From Spirochaetia bacterium (lineage in GTDB: Bacteria; Spirochaetota; Spirochaetia; SZUA-6; Bin103): a stretch of DNA of 64,000 nucleotides. This document shows positions 61,857-64,000 of this stretch, in pieces. Positions within the stretch are counted from its first letter, which is position 1. Every line of letters begins with the position of its first letter. The translations under genes and the position numbers were made by a program. The DNA lies in NCBI GenBank assembly GCA_965198005.1, contig CBDAOI010000003.1, positions 160,001 through 224,000 on the forward strand, read 5' to 3'. The notes under the pieces were generated by a model. That model had not been told where the DNA came from. It made no database searches and saw nothing but the letters and a program-made list of their open reading frames with translations.

Positions 61857-63647
61857 TCAGAATCCCATCTCCCGCTTCAGATCCTGGTCGAGCCAGAGAC
61901 GGGTCAGGATCGTCGTATGTTGGATCGGGCCGATCCCCATCTCCCCGTCGTAGCCCTTGAGCCACGGCTGGGCGACTTGGAACTGTGGGGTGGGACCGGG
62001 ACCGTCGATATGCCAGTGCTGGCCCAGCGCGTACAGGTTTACCTCCCTGGTGATCCGATTCCGCTCCTCCAACGTGGTAGCTGCCAGGGCGGCGTCGATC
62101 AGCGCGTCGATATGCGGGTCGTTGACGCCCAATCCATCGTTGTTCGCACCGGAGGGGCCGCCGGAGCGGTACCAATGATTGAACAGTCCGATGTCATAAA
62201 TGAACGCAGCGTTTTCGCCGTGTGCGATTCCGTCCGAAGTATGCTCGCGCGCGATGGCCAGTGCCTCCGCGGCGCCATGAATGCTCATTTCGACGTCGAC
62301 GCCAATCTCAGCCCAGTAGCCGATGACCAGCTCTGCGTAGTTGGCGTCGTAGCGTTCGAAGTACTTCAATTCGGTCTTGAAGCCATCGGGATAGCCCGCC
62401 TCGGCCAGTAGCTGCCTCGCCCGTTCCGGATCGTAGCGGTAGTACTGCTTGATCTCTTCCGGCCATTCTTCGAACGGCGTCCCCAGGTGGAAATCGTTGT
62501 GCATCATTCCTTGCGGCGTCGGGTCCGCATACCCCTTGAAGTAGGTGCTGGCAATCGTCTCCCGATCCAGCGCCATCTGCATGGCCTGGCGTACCCGGAT
62601 GTCGTTGAATGGCGGCCGGCCCACGGTGATGAACCTGAATGCATTGTCGGAACGGAGGGCGAACTCCCACATCTTGATGTGGGGATCGGTCTTCCGCAGG
62701 CTCTCGACCTGGTCGATCGACCTCAATTGGGCGTCACCGGAAGTCCCCAACATGTCGATTTGACCCGAGCGCAGGGCGGCGATCCGTGCCGCCGGATCCG
62801 GCATGATCAGGGTGACGATCTCGTCGACGTAGGGCAGGCGGTTGTCCGGGAACTTTTCGTCGAACCCCCAGTAGTTGGGGTTCTTGGTCCACGTGATGGA
62901 GCTGCCTTCGACCAGGTCCGTCAGCTCCATCGGCCCGGTGCCCACCAGATTCATGCAATCCTGGACGTCGCCGTGCTGCTGGATCACCTCTGGAGGGTAG
63001 ATCCAGACAATCCACCGGTTCATTATCTTGCCCACCATAAACAGGTCCGGCGCCGCCAGCTTGAAGACTACGGTCGATGGGTCGGTGGCCGTCACCGATT
63101 CGATTTTGGGGAGTTGACCAACGTGCGGCGAGGGTTCGCTGAAGCCGCTGCCGATCCCCAGCAGGCGATGATAGTTGAACTCGACGTCGCTGGCGGTCAG
63201 CTCGCGGCCGTTCATCGGCGCCTTGTCGTGCCAGCGCACGCCCGCGCGGACCTTGACGATGAGCGTGGTGTCGTCGGGCACTTCCCAGCTCTCCGCCAAC
63301 TGTCCTCGCAGGATATCGCTGGGGACCAGGTACGCGGTGACAAGGGGGTTTTGCTCTCTCCGGTCTACCGCCCAGTCCGCGACGCCGAGCATCTCGCTGA
63401 CCACGCCGTTGAAGTGATGCGACCAGCCGCTGTTGGCCCAGGCATCGCAGTGCTCGCCGGTGCCGGTCCGCCCGTAGGTGATGGTCCCGCCATACTCGGG
63501 CGCGGTGATCATCTCGCCGGTGGAGGGGTCGAGCACCATCTCCTTCTCGGCCGCGGCGGCCTCCTCGCGCTCGGCGGCGCCGAACGTAACGGTAGCCACC
63601 AGCGCGAACGCCAGTGTCAACAAACCGATTCTTGAAACGTAGATCAT
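61857..63647 (-). CDS. ABC transporter solute-binding protein family 5
   Basis: GGAGG RBS, signal peptide, LAESWE, GTGP, PFNDIRVRQA; paralog of 56066-57871. Confidence 0.92.
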   Translation of the reverse strand: MIYVSRIGLLTLAFALVATVTFGAAEREEAAAAEKEMVLDPSTGEMITAPEYGGTITYGRTGTGEHCDAWANSGWSHHFNGVVSEMLGVADWAVDRREQNPLVTAYLVPSDILRGQLAESWEVPDDTTLIVKVRAGVRWHDKAPMNGRELTASDVEFNYHRLLGIGSGFSEPSPHVGQLPKIESVTATDPSTVVFKLAAPDLFMVGKIMNRWIVWIYPPEVIQQHGDVQDCMNLVGTGPMELTDLVEGSSITWTKNPNYWGFDEKFPDNRLPYVDEIVTLIMPDPAARIAALRSGQIDMLGTSGDAQLRSIDQVESLRKTDPHIKMWEFALRSDNAFRFITVGRPPFNDIRVRQAMQMALDRETIASTYFKGYADPTPQGMMHNDFHLGTPFEEWPEEIKQYYRYDPERARQLLAEAGYPDGFKTELKYFERYDANYAELVIGYWAEIGVDVEMSIHGAAEALAIAREHTSDGIAHGENAAFIYDIGLFNHWYRSGGPSGANNDGLGVNDPHIDALIDAALAATTLEERNRITREVNLYALGQHWHIDGPGPTPQFQVAQPWLKGYDGEMGIGPIQHTTILTRLWLDQDLKREMGF

Positions 63648-64000
63648 GATGAGAATTACCTCCAAAATTTCGTTCCGAGAGCATGTGCCGATCTCACTTG
63701 TCGACCCCTCGCCTGCTCTCGTTGCCTGTCTGCCGCTCGGTGTTGTCTGCGGCGCAGGCGGTTCCGACGAGGGCGACAACCTGGAACTGACTCCGGGGGC
63801 GATCAGGCGCAACCGCCGTCGATCGCGTCCCGCGGTGGATTACAGCTTCACGGGTACCTCCTGTCTGCGAACCGGTCAGACGCAGGTCTCGCCGGTGGAT
63901 TGTTCTGCGGTCCGGCAACGCCGGGGGTAATTCGTGACTGCGGACCAAGGAGGACGGTGGCCGACGCGCGCGGCCGTCGGTTCACGGCGCCGGGCGCTCG

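Noticed and set aside
63650-64000. Riboswitch upstream of the last SBP
   Set aside because: No recognisable aptamer consensus by eye, and the region is cut by the window edge; needs an Rfam scan.

Overview
High-GC bacterial chromosomal window, most likely from a spirochaete (inferred from flgM, the lspA neighbourhood, the PurL architecture and an Asp-type MurA). The housekeeping backbone comprises hisIE/hisA, PTS EIIA, purL/purQ, tRNA-Ala(GGC), lspA, Nif3, flgM, rsmI, a folE-folB-folP-folK-SDR operon, mdh, fumC, murA, rpmE2, pncA-pncB-cobB and a molybdo-hydroxylase cluster lacking its large subunit. Accessory DNA is interspersed and often decayed. (1) An island downstream of tRNA-Ala holds remnants of an SNF2/DUF499 locus and a precisely bounded 3,796-bp four-gene transposon (TGT...ACA inverted ends, 7-bp target duplication; putative Zn-binding ORF, orphan ORF, DDE transposase, AAA+ ATPase). 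(2) An hsdM-yhcG-hsdS cassette with no hsdR sits between 339-bp direct repeats. (3) There are several toxin-antitoxin remnants. (4) An array of paralogous peptide/nickel ABC cassettes is interleaved with two near-identical Uma2 endonuclease cassettes carrying their own promoters. Many genes appear to have leaderless promoters. Single-base frameshifts in conserved genes suggest uncorrected sequencing indels, so pseudogene calls are provisional. Family assignments come from motif recognition, not database searches.
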